From IMG/VR virus record IMGVR_UViG_3300034069_000619, positions 1 through 64,000 of that record: DNA of 64,000 nucleotides; one strand, given 5' to 3'. Made by a program: the position numbers and the translations under genes. Within the stretch, counting starts at the first letter, position 1. Each line of letters starts with the position of its first letter. This stretch comes from a virus. Under the pieces are notes generated by a model. That model saw only the letters and a list, made by a program, of their open reading frames with translations. It was not told where the DNA came from and made no database searches. Below, one piece after another: positions 36,751 through 44,211 of the stretch.

Positions 36751-37565
36751 CCCACCTCCGCCTCAAGCACCGCGACCGCGTCGGCCATCCCCTTCGATCC
36801 TAGCACGTCTACAGCGTGCCGCAGGGCCGCCTTCCATGCCGGGTGCCTCGTCAGATCCGGCGCCTTTCGCTCGACGTGTTTCGCCGTAGCTCGGGTTTTC
36901 CCTTCGGCCTTGGCTGTAGACACGGCTTTCACCAAGGTTTCCGTAGCCGCAGTCGCGTTGCCCTTGGCGGCCTTGATCGTGTCGAGCGCGAAGCCTGCGC
37001 TGATGGCTCCCGCTTCGACCATGGCGACGACTTCGCGCGGTCCCGAGCGGAGCGTCAGTAGATCGACGACGCGCTGCCGGGTCAAACCGGCTTTGGCGGC
37101 AATGGTGCCCTCGTCCCAGCCGAGATCCAGCAGCTTGGCGAAGACGTTGGCCTTCTCCAAGGGCTCGAACGGCTTACCCGAGTTGCGGACGATCTGAGAT
37201 AGGATCCGGTCGGCCTCGGAGGCGTGCTTAGGCTCTGTCTGGACGGGCACAGAGACGATCTCTGCGCCGAGCGTGTCCATGGCGTAGAGCGTTGCCCGAA
37301 GGCGCCTGTGCCCGTCCGTGATGGTCGGAACGCCGCCTTTCATGACGACCGTCAGCGCCTGTTTGACACCGACCTCAGCGATGGACTTCGCAAGCGCGAT
37401 GTCCTCGGCGTCGTCAGGGTCGAAGTCGCAGGCCCTGGAATTCCATCCTTCCTCAATCCGCAGATCACGCGGGTTCAAGCGGAACAGGTCCACCCGGCCC
37501 ACAGCCAGATCCTGAATGCCGCGCTTCATCGGCTTGGGCTCGGTGACGTCTTCGACGCGAATCAT
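36747..37565 (-). CDS. ParB/Srx-domain protein
   Basis: LNPRDLRIEEGWNSR...ITDGHRRLRA ParB N-terminal motif plus an HTH-like IAAKAGLTRQRV. The ATG at 37565 overlaps the upstream stop. Confidence 0.75.
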   Translation of the reverse strand: MIRVEDVTEPKPMKRGIQDLAVGRVDLFRLNPRDLRIEEGWNSRACDFDPDDAEDIALAKSIAEVGVKQALTVVMKGGVPTITDGHRRLRATLYAMDTLGAEIVSVPVQTEPKHASEADRILSQIVRNSGKPFEPLEKANVFAKLLDLGWDEGTIAAKAGLTRQRVVDLLTLRSGPREVVAMVEAGAISAGFALDTIKAAKGNATAATETLVKAVSTAKAEGKTRATAKHVERKAPDLTRHPAWKAALRHAVDVLGSKGMADAVAVLEAEVG

Positions 37566-37792
37566 AACGGGTCCTTGGGCTTCTGGCGCTCGCAGCGCTC
37601 CGCTTCTAATGCGCGTTCGACGAGCACGCGGACGGCCTTCGCCATCGTCAGGACAGGGCGCTGCTGAATGCGCCACTCCTCAACAGCACGCACAAAGGAC
37701 ATCGGCGCGGTCACGTTGATCCGCCCGGTTTCCTCCTCGTCGCTCAGCTTCGGCGGCATGATGGACCTATCGATTTCACCCATCGTTGCCAT
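37562..37792 (-). CDS. ribbon-helix-helix (CopG/Arc-like) regulator
   Basis: GRINVTAPMSFVRAVEEWRIQQ...MAKAVRVLVERAL fits a beta-helix-helix pattern. First gene of the reverse cassette. Confidence 0.6.
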   Translation of the reverse strand: MATMGEIDRSIMPPKLSDEEETGRINVTAPMSFVRAVEEWRIQQRPVLTMAKAVRVLVERALEAERCERQKPKDPL

Positions 37793-37809
37793 ACCACCGC
37801 CTTGCTCAG

Positions 37810-37825
37810 ATCGCCATTAGGCGAT
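37810..37825. promoter_or_regulatory. inverted repeat ATCGCC-N4-GGCGAT (candidate RHH operator) in a divergent promoter region
   Basis: Lies 18 nt upstream of the RHH gene start. An adjacent ATAATG-tc-ATAATG direct repeat is present. Confidence 0.4.
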
Positions 37826-37858
37826 AATGTCATAATGGTCTCAATGCAAGGGATAGTT

Positions 37859-38047
37859 ATGGCTCACTGGGCTTTGGTCATTTTTTTAGCTGGCGGGTAT
37901 GCGGCAAGCTCACCCGCAACGGGTGCAGTGCCCGGTTTCGACAGCAGAGAGCGGTGCGAAGCCGCTGCAGCGCAGATCAAGTCTCGCGACTGGTATTGCG
38001 TTCAAACGGACGGGCCTTTGATGCCCCCTATAGCCCAATCGCGATAG
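37859..38047 (+). CDS. small secreted/membrane protein
   Basis: MAHWALVIFLAGGYAASSPA signal-like N-terminus and two Cys. AAGGGA sits upstream of the ATG. Confidence 0.45.
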   Translation: MAHWALVIFLAGGYAASSPATGAVPGFDSRERCEAAAAQIKSRDWYCVQTDGPLMPPIAQSR

Positions 38048-38080
38048 CCCTTCAGCCACCCGCTGCGGGGCCGCATCCAC

Positions 38081-38557
38081 ATGCGAGTCCCCATGACATC
38101 TCCATCGCCAACCGCCCTCGCAAATGCTCGCGAGTCGCAGGCCTTCTGGACGCCGTTTGTGCGCCTGCCTGACGTGCATGTCTGGGCGCTGATCGGAAAT
38201 GAGGCCGGGGAGGCAAGCTTCCTAGCGCACCCCGTTGGCGACCATGGTGAAGCGTTCGGCTGCTTCCAGTGGCACCTCCCGCGCATTCTCGACATGGTCA
38301 AGGGCTGCGGAATCGACGTCAGGACGGCATCACACGGCCAGCAGATCGCCGCCGCTCATTGGGAGATGACCAAGGGCTCGTACCGCAAGGTCTGGCCGGC
38401 GCTGATGGCAACCACGACCGTCGAAGAGGCCGTCACCGTCCTCGTGCGGGACTTTGAGCGCAGCGCCAACCAGGCGCGAGACATTCCCCGCCGCGTTGCT
38501 CTCGCGCAGACATGGCGCGACCTGCTGACGAGCGGCAAACCCCGGACATCGCCATGA
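38081..38557 (+). CDS. lysozyme-like (phage tail lysozyme-type) protein
   Basis: GNEAGEASFLAHPVGDHGEAFGCFQWHLPRILDM aligns by eye with the tape-measure internal domain. Confidence 0.55.
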   Translation: MRVPMTSPSPTALANARESQAFWTPFVRLPDVHVWALIGNEAGEASFLAHPVGDHGEAFGCFQWHLPRILDMVKGCGIDVRTASHGQQIAAAHWEMTKGSYRKVWPALMATTTVEEAVTVLVRDFERSANQARDIPRRVALAQTWRDLLTSGKPRTSP

Positions 38558-39336
38558 CCTTGTCTCTCCCTACCCTCAAGTGGGTGGCTTCTCCCAACGT
38601 GTCCGACCGCTCGGTGCCGGTCGACCTCATCGTGATCCACGACTGCGAAGGCAGCTACGCGGGTGCCGTGTCGTGGTTCAGCCAAGCGAGGTCGCAGGTC
38701 TCTGCCCACCTCGTCATCAAGGAGGACGGGACGGAAGCGACGCAGATGGCCGACTTCCGACGCAAGGCGTGGCATGCCATGGCGTTCAACTCGCGTTCCA
38801 TCGGCATTGAGATGGGCGGCATGGCCTCTCGCGGCTTCCCTGACGCGGAATGGCAGACCGCCGCCAATATCACGGCTTATCTGCTCCGCGCTTATGGGCT
38901 GCCTTGCCAGTGGGCTCACGATGGCAAAGGGCCGGGTTTCACCTCGCACTTTGATCTCGGGCAGGCCGGCGGTGGGCACAGCGATCCCACCACGGATCCG
39001 AAGGTCTGGGCCGGCTTCGTCGCCAAGGTGCAGGCTGCCTATGCCGCGGCAAGCGGGCCGCTGCCCTCGTGGGGCGTCGGCCTCCCGGCATCACCCATTC
39101 CCAACGCCAAGCCCGTCCCGGTGTCCCCGCCTGCCCCGACGCTCTCGGTCTCAGACGTGCAGCGGATCCTCAACGCCGCCGGATACCGACCGACGCTCGC
39201 TGTGGACGGCCAGCTTGGCCCCAAGACCAAGGACGCCCTCGCCCGGTTCCAGCAGTCCCGCGGCATCCATGTCGACGGTGCCCTGTCCGTCCTCACGCTC
39301 AACGCCCTCTCCTCTTTCTCAGCCAGCAAGGCCTGA
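38554..39336 (+). CDS. endolysin: N-acetylmuramoyl-L-alanine amidase plus PG_binding_1 domain
   Basis: Motifs IVIHDCEG...SAHLVI...AWHA...NSRSIGIE...HSD are Amidase_2-like. C-terminal LAVDGQLGPKTKDALARFQ is PG-binding-like. Confidence 0.85.
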   Translation: MTLSLPTLKWVASPNVSDRSVPVDLIVIHDCEGSYAGAVSWFSQARSQVSAHLVIKEDGTEATQMADFRRKAWHAMAFNSRSIGIEMGGMASRGFPDAEWQTAANITAYLLRAYGLPCQWAHDGKGPGFTSHFDLGQAGGGHSDPTTDPKVWAGFVAKVQAAYAAASGPLPSWGVGLPASPIPNAKPVPVSPPAPTLSVSDVQRILNAAGYRPTLAVDGQLGPKTKDALARFQQSRGIHVDGALSVLTLNALSSFSASKA

Positions 39337-39337
39337 T

Positions 39338-39838
39338 ATGCTTCGCCTCGCCACCATTCTCGGCGCCCTCGCGTGGGGCGCCATCCTAATCACCGCCGCG
39401 CTCGCCGACACGGCTTCGACTACGACCGTAGCGGCATCGCCGTGGGTCACCCTCGCAGCGCCCTACGTCAATCTGATCGTCGAAGCCCTTGTCGGGGCAG
39501 CCATCACCTGGGGGGTGGCGCTGTTCCAGCGGTGGACCGGTCGCAAGATCCAGGAGAGCTTGGTCAACTCCATCAAGAGCGCCGCGGCAACCGAAGCTGG
39601 CGTCGCGATGGCCAAGGCCGAGAACAACTTGGCTGGGCGATCCATCGACGTGAAGTCGCCCATCGTAGCTCAAGGCGTCACGGCGCTCCAGGGACGCATC
39701 CCCGACATCCTGAAGAATGCGGGCGCCACCCCAGAGGCACTATCGGCCATCGTAGCGGGTGAGATCGGCAAGCTCCAGGCCTCTGCCCCGCCGGCTGCCC
39801 CCGTCGTCATCACCACTGGCATCGGGGGGCAGGCATGA
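39338..39838 (+). CDS. membrane protein (holin or i-spanin candidate)
   Basis: In-frame ATG 39338 two nt after the endolysin stop. Hydrophobic helices MLRLATILGALAWGAILITAALA and VEALVGAAITWGVALF. Confidence 0.55.
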   Translation: MLRLATILGALAWGAILITAALADTASTTTVAASPWVTLAAPYVNLIVEALVGAAITWGVALFQRWTGRKIQESLVNSIKSAAATEAGVAMAKAENNLAGRSIDVKSPIVAQGVTALQGRIPDILKNAGATPEALSAIVAGEIGKLQASAPPAAPVVITTGIGGQA

Positions 39839-40077
39839 ACGTCGCGGCTGGGGGAGAACTCGCCTTCGACCTCATGAACAAGGCGTCCATCGGTATCGGT
39901 GGCGACCTCGTGGTGCTCTACAAGCTCTACCGCGACCTCACGTCCGGCAAGATCAAGTGGAACGCGATCTCTGACGAGCAGGCCGACGCCATCGGGCGGA
40001 TCATCAACGTGGCCGCTGTGACGGTGAAGGATCCAGAGGCCTTCGCGACGGCCAAGACCTTCGTGAGGTCACTCTGA
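39835..40077 (+). CDS. hypothetical lysis-module protein
   Basis: 80-aa ORF with 4-nt overlap coupling. Confidence 0.45.
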   Translation: MNVAAGGELAFDLMNKASIGIGGDLVVLYKLYRDLTSGKIKWNAISDEQADAIGRIINVAAVTVKDPEAFATAKTFVRSL

Positions 40078-40367
40078 TGTCCGACATCGACCTCAACGAG
40101 ATTGAGGCCGGCCTGAAGGCGCTCTCGGGGGTGGACTGGGTGTCGGCTCTAAAAGCCTTCCGATCAGCCGACCTGGCCGGCGAGATCACCGCCGCCGAGG
40201 ATGTCGCCTCCATCATCGCGGTGTTCCTGCCCGAAGCTGTCTACGCCCGTGACGCACTCGTGGTGCTTGGCTTCCTCGTCGAAGCGCAGCGCGACGGCCT
40301 GATCCGACCCGCAGTTCCAGAAGACGAAGCCATGGCCCGTGTCGAGCGGGAGCATGGCGGAAGGTAG
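40077..40367 (+). CDS. hypothetical lysis-module protein
   Basis: 96-aa ORF; its ATG overlaps the upstream TGA. Confidence 0.45.
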   Translation: MSDIDLNEIEAGLKALSGVDWVSALKAFRSADLAGEITAAEDVASIIAVFLPEAVYARDALVVLGFLVEAQRDGLIRPAVPEDEAMARVEREHGGR

Positions 40368-40440
40368 CTGTGCGGGCCGGGCGCTACGCCGGCTCCATCT
40401 GACTCCAGATGGCGTGGCGGTTTCGAACCGCCGAGCTACA
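40364..40440 (+). ncRNA. degenerate tRNA-like cloverleaf (not a canonical tRNA)
   Basis: 6-bp acceptor-like pairing GTAGCT/AGCTAC. D-like hairpin CCGG-N8-CCGG. Anticodon-like hairpin CCATCT-GACTCC-AGATGG. T-like hairpin GGCGG-TTTCGAA-CCGCC. Total length 77 nt. Confidence 0.3.
40372..40393 (+). repeat. 22-nt leader box GCGGGCCGGGCGCTACGCCGGC (copy B)
   Basis: 21 of 22 nt identical to 18603-18624. Lies in the 183-nt leader before the lipoprotein gene. Confidence 0.5.
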
Positions 40441-40550
40441 CGACATCCACCGGTCAAGCCGGACTATTGCCACGCTCATTCCCGATCCGCCGCGTCTGCT
40501 TTCCGCGGTGCCGCACAGACCCCTGTTATCACAGAAGATGGAAATTCACC

Positions 40551-40892
40551 ATGACTAAGCTCGTCATCCTCGGCGCGGCGTGCCTCGCTGCGTCCGTGCT
40601 CTCCGGCTGTGCCCAGATCGAGAGCGGCTTCAACTCTGCCGCCAACTTCATCGACCAGCCCAACGTCCAGCAGGCGGTGGCTACGATCAAGACCGTCAGC
40701 ACTGCGCTGGTTTGCGACGTGGCCGCCGGCTCCTCGCTCGCCAAGAGCATCGAAGCTCAGGCCGGCGCCCATCAGGGCGTGACCAACCTCATCGACGTGT
40801 CCTCCACGGCTGTCTGTGCCGCCCTCCAGGGCAAGGTGGTTGCTGGCGTTACCGAGGCCAACGTGCCTGCTGTGACGGCGGTGAGCCAGTGA
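40551..40892 (+). CDS. lipoprotein
   Basis: In-frame ATG 40551. Signal plus lipobox MTKLVILGAACLAASVLSGC. Confidence 0.65.
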   Translation: MTKLVILGAACLAASVLSGCAQIESGFNSAANFIDQPNVQQAVATIKTVSTALVCDVAAGSSLAKSIEAQAGAHQGVTNLIDVSSTAVCAALQGKVVAGVTEANVPAVTAVSQ

Positions 40893-41056
40893 TCCCTGCC
40901 ATTATCGCCATGTGTCTCAGCAGCGCTCCTAGCCAATGTGAGAGCCATTCGGTTCGCGTCGAGGCTCGCGCTTGCCGCGTCGCCCCGATCCGCGCCGAGG
41001 CGCCCATCTCCGGCGAATGGCGACCCGTGATCGTCAGCATCCGGTGCCGTCCGTAA
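40889..41056 (+). CDS. possible 55-aa Cys-rich protein
   Basis: GTGA overlap with the lipoprotein stop. Hand-counted GC3 about 75%. Four Cys residues. Confidence 0.35.
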   Translation: MIPAIIAMCLSSAPSQCESHSVRVEARACRVAPIRAEAPISGEWRPVIVSIRCRP

Positions 41057-41160
41057 GTCCCCTCTCCAGGCGGGAGACACGCTGCATTGCCGGCAGCGTG
41101 CTCCCTAACCATCCCAGGCCCTAGGAGGCCCGACATGGCTAACCACCGTTGTGATCTGCC

Positions 41161-41661
41161 ATGCTTGCTAAAGGGTTACCTCATGCGGAGGATGACGCTG
41201 CCGTGATCAAAGCGCTGTTCTTGGCTACGCTAGCTGCGCTCGTGGTTTGTCCGATGGTGGCGTGGGCAGATACCCCTGCCCTGCCGGACGCCGGCAGTCT
41301 GGTCCGCGATGGTGGACCCTGGGGGCTGGCAAGCCTGTTCGCGAGTGTGATCGGCATCCTCTGGTACAAGATCGGCACCCTACAGGCCACGATCGCGACC
41401 CTGCAAGACAAGCGGGCCACCGAGAATGCGGAGTGGGCTGGAAAGTTTGCCGCAACGGCGACAACAGCCGCCAATGAGATCCGGCTAACGGCCGAAAAGC
41501 TGGAAGACCAAGGTCGGCTCCTCCAGGCCGTGACCGAGACCGCCAAGGGCTGGCCGACCGCGATCCAGTCCATTCTATCTTCGCTTGATCGCAATGGCGA
41601 GCGAATGGTGAACCTCCCCGAAGCCTTGCGCTCCATCATCCAGCAGTCGAGGGGGACCTGA
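41161..41661 (+). CDS. membrane protein with coiled-coil tail
   Basis: 166 aa. Hydrophobic segments IKALFLATLAALVVCPMVAWA and WGLASLFASVIGILWY, then a helical region. Confidence 0.55.
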   Translation: MLAKGLPHAEDDAAVIKALFLATLAALVVCPMVAWADTPALPDAGSLVRDGGPWGLASLFASVIGILWYKIGTLQATIATLQDKRATENAEWAGKFAATATTAANEIRLTAEKLEDQGRLLQAVTETAKGWPTAIQSILSSLDRNGERMVNLPEALRSIIQQSRGT

Positions 41662-41963
41662 TGGTGGTCCGCGAACTCCTCGCCAAAACCGCGGCCTACT
41701 TCAGTGCATATGCCATGCCTGCTGCGGTCGTGATCCACGACAAGCGCGTTCACGACGCGCGAGAGAAGGCACAGTTCGCTCAGGTCGAGTTGGAGCGAGC
41801 TGTCCGCATGTCTCGGCGAGCACTGAGCCGCACATCATCTCCAGAGGAGATCGAACGACAAGTCGTTGAGATGACCAAGGCGAAAACCCGCATCGACCAG
41901 ATCGTGAAGACCCACGACGAGGACCCTGACTCCGACATCCTCAGAGCTATGGACGCGCCGTGA
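41661..41963 (+). CDS. hypothetical helical protein
   Basis: 100 aa. Its ATG shares a base with the upstream TGA. Confidence 0.5.
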   Translation: MVVRELLAKTAAYFSAYAMPAAVVIHDKRVHDAREKAQFAQVELERAVRMSRRALSRTSSPEEIERQVVEMTKAKTRIDQIVKTHDEDPDSDILRAMDAP

Positions 41964-42505
41964 GCACTCTGATTCTCCGTATCTTCGTCAGGTCCGCATT
42001 CATCTTCGCGTTGATCGCCGGTCCTAGTTTCGCCATCGTCAAAACCGGCAACGTGCCGCTTTGGCTCAACGCCTTGGGTTTTACCGCCATCGCTGTCGCG
42101 ACTGGCGTCATTTTCCTCAACAGCAAGCGCACGGCCAAGTTCTTCACGCGCGACGTGGTGAGCCAGGCGCAAGTCCACGCGCTGTCCATTCAAAGCGTGA
42201 TGATGGCGGTCATCCTCGGCGCGGCCTCCGGTATCCACTGGCGGACGCTCGGGCATGGCTCCCCCCTGATCGATAGCTCCGTCACGGTCGTCGCTCGCGT
42301 GCTCTACGATTTCGGTACCATCGGCTTCTTTCTGACCGCAGGGCAGTTTGAGGAAAATCTGTCCTGGGGCCGCATCGGCAAGGTAGCTATCATTCTCACC
42401 ATGATCCTCGCTGTTTTCATCACGGTCATGCTCACCGATCAGGTTGGGATCCTAACCCAGGAACCTGGTACTGTGATCGCCGTCCCTCAGGGGGTTCGCC
42501 CATGA
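41960..42505 (+). CDS. polytopic membrane protein
   Basis: 181 aa with about 5 hydrophobic helices. GTGA overlap with the upstream gene. Confidence 0.6.
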   Translation: MSTLILRIFVRSAFIFALIAGPSFAIVKTGNVPLWLNALGFTAIAVATGVIFLNSKRTAKFFTRDVVSQAQVHALSIQSVMMAVILGAASGIHWRTLGHGSPLIDSSVTVVARVLYDFGTIGFFLTAGQFEENLSWGRIGKVAIILTMILAVFITVMLTDQVGILTQEPGTVIAVPQGVRP

Positions 42506-43368
42506 TCACGGATGACGAAGACCGCGACGGCGAGCGCTCGTTCGGGGAATACAGCCGCCTCGGCGGCAACATTTCCGGGTTCACGGCCATCACATGCGGC
42601 GTGCTGATCGGCATCGGCGTGTTCGCCCTGCCCCGCCTTGAACTATTCGCTCTCCCGATTTTTCGCACTTACCAGATCCCGCCGAACAGCGTGACCCGGC
42701 TGGGTCAGAACCTTTGCTGGACCCGACTAGGCGAGAAAGCCCGAAACCCACCTCTGACCGACATCGACATCACCGTCGATTACATCTCGGAACGAACCGG
42801 GAAGCTCGCCCATCAACCGACCCCTGGGCTGTTTTTTGAGGCCACTGGGGAAGATTTCACAACCGATGACGTCTCTGAGGTTGGGCCATTCTGGAAGCGG
42901 GTCTGCATCAAACTGTCGGCTCGCATCCGCCCGACACAGCCGGTGCAGGTTCGGCAGATAGCCTATTTCGGGAGCATCACGACGCTTTACAGCGTGCCTG
43001 TCAGTTTGCCCACGATCGTTTTCCCGGCAGGGGCAGGAAGCGTTTTTGCCGTTCACGATCACGCACCATCCCCGGACGCCGTCGCCGGCCCTCCTCCGAC
43101 GCCTAACCGTAAGCCAGCCCATCAGCGCAACGACATCGACGTGACGCCCATGCTGCAAGACATTCAGAGCCTTAAGGGCATCACGGATCCTGACCTCGCG
43201 GCTCGTGTCGAAGCCAGGGTGCCGCAGGAACTGCATGACAGGCTCGACGAGTGGATGGCGCAGAACCATGTGTTCAATCGGTCAGCCGCCGTCCGCCAAC
43301 TGCTCGACGAAGCCCTCGACGCCGAGGACAAGGCGGCAGCAGAGCCTTTTGAGCCGGAGGGACGTTGA
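42502..43368 (+). CDS. membrane-anchored protein with C-terminal ribbon-helix-helix domain
   Basis: TM helix ISGFTAITCGVLIGIGVFALP, a Pro-rich linker, and C-terminal RVEARVPQELHDRLDEWMAQNHVFNRSAAVRQLLDEAL. ATGA overlap with the upstream gene. Confidence 0.6.
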   Translation: MITDDEDRDGERSFGEYSRLGGNISGFTAITCGVLIGIGVFALPRLELFALPIFRTYQIPPNSVTRLGQNLCWTRLGEKARNPPLTDIDITVDYISERTGKLAHQPTPGLFFEATGEDFTTDDVSEVGPFWKRVCIKLSARIRPTQPVQVRQIAYFGSITTLYSVPVSLPTIVFPAGAGSVFAVHDHAPSPDAVAGPPPTPNRKPAHQRNDIDVTPMLQDIQSLKGITDPDLAARVEARVPQELHDRLDEWMAQNHVFNRSAAVRQLLDEALDAEDKAAAEPFEPEGR

Positions 43369-43774
43369 GGGGTGCGGCGCGTTGTGGTAGGGAAGATGGG
43401 CGCGGCGGCGTGGATGGACACGCTCCGATATGTAGGGCTTAGGGCATCAGTCGGTGGCTCCTATGGCGAAAGCTAAGCTGGCGACAGCGTGAGCAAATCC
43501 ACCTACCTAGAGCCGGTATCAAGCCCGGCCCGCGCATCAGTTCAGCCCCGGTGGGCAACGAGGTAGGCCGCCCGCTCTTACCAACCCGACCATACGGGGG
43601 ACGTTAACGGAGCGCATGAAACAACATGGTGCCGACCCGAGCTGTGCACGGCGAAGGACGGTGCGGCCATCAAATTCATGGCGTGACACGGTGATTTCCT
43701 GTCAGCCGTAGGACGCCTTCGGGCGGATCGCATTGCGGGGAGACCGACAGGCCCCGCCGCCATGGACCTTCTCA

Positions 43775-43810
43775 GCCCCGGCGCCTCACGGTTCCGGGGC
43801 TTTTTCGTTT
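43775..43810 (+). terminator. intrinsic terminator
   Basis: Stem GCCCCGG/CCGGGGC with a 12-nt loop, followed by TTTTTCGTTT on the + strand. Confidence 0.6.
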
Positions 43811-44103
43811 CGCCGCAGCACCAACGCGAGTACCCTAGGCGCCCTGTCCGGCGCCGGCCTCTGCGACCGCCAATCTGGCATGGCCCCGATGTCGGTGCCC
43901 TCGCAGCGCTGGCACTGCCAGACGCGGGACTTGGCGATGGCGGGAAACGGGGTGTCGTCCGGCAGGCCCAGGTCGGCCCACGGCACCGCCTGAGCCGCGG
44001 CGCACCGGTTGCAGGACAGCAAAACTGCGTCGATGCGATTGACATCACGCAAAAATGCGATCGTCGGCGGCGAAGGCGGCGCGGGCTTCGGATCCATGAC
44101 CAT
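43786..44103 (-). CDS. CxxC...CxxC zinc-ribbon-like small protein
   Basis: LSCNRCAAAQ...WQCQRCEG. High GC3 through the Cys-containing core. Last gene of the leftward operon. Confidence 0.5.
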   Translation of the reverse strand: MVMDPKPAPPSPPTIAFLRDVNRIDAVLLSCNRCAAAQAVPWADLGLPDDTPFPAIAKSRVWQCQRCEGTDIGAMPDWRSQRPAPDRAPRVLALVLRRNEKAPEP

Positions 44104-44211
44104 GGCCCCGGATAACGCGAGTCGGGAGGGTCGGGAACGTGGCGGGCGGTCGCCGGGGTAAGTGATTGCCCCCGCTATCCACAGCGGGACGAAGGGGGAA
44201 CGTGGGGCAGT

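Noticed and set aside
38663-39337. 5' two-thirds of the 391-aa + strand ORF 38663-39838
   Set aside because: This part is out of frame with, and fully inside, the amidase endolysin gene, and its translation is Arg/Pro/Ser-rich. Only the part from ATG 39338 looks real.
40416-40432. On the - strand this reads GGCGG-TTCGAAA-CCGCC, a canonical-looking T arm. I considered it as a tRNA 3' fragment marking an att core.
   Set aside because: No matching anticodon arm or acceptor exists in that orientation, and it lies 8 kb from int. The better att candidate is the spacer next to int. It is kept only as part of the + strand tRNA-like fold.
43500-43570. Passing resemblance of CCGGCTCTAGGTAGGTGG (reverse strand) to the c-di-GMP-II riboswitch core, and of GAGCCGGTAT to group II intron domain V
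   Set aside because: Only short partial matches are present, without the surrounding conserved helices. They cannot be distinguished from chance by eye.
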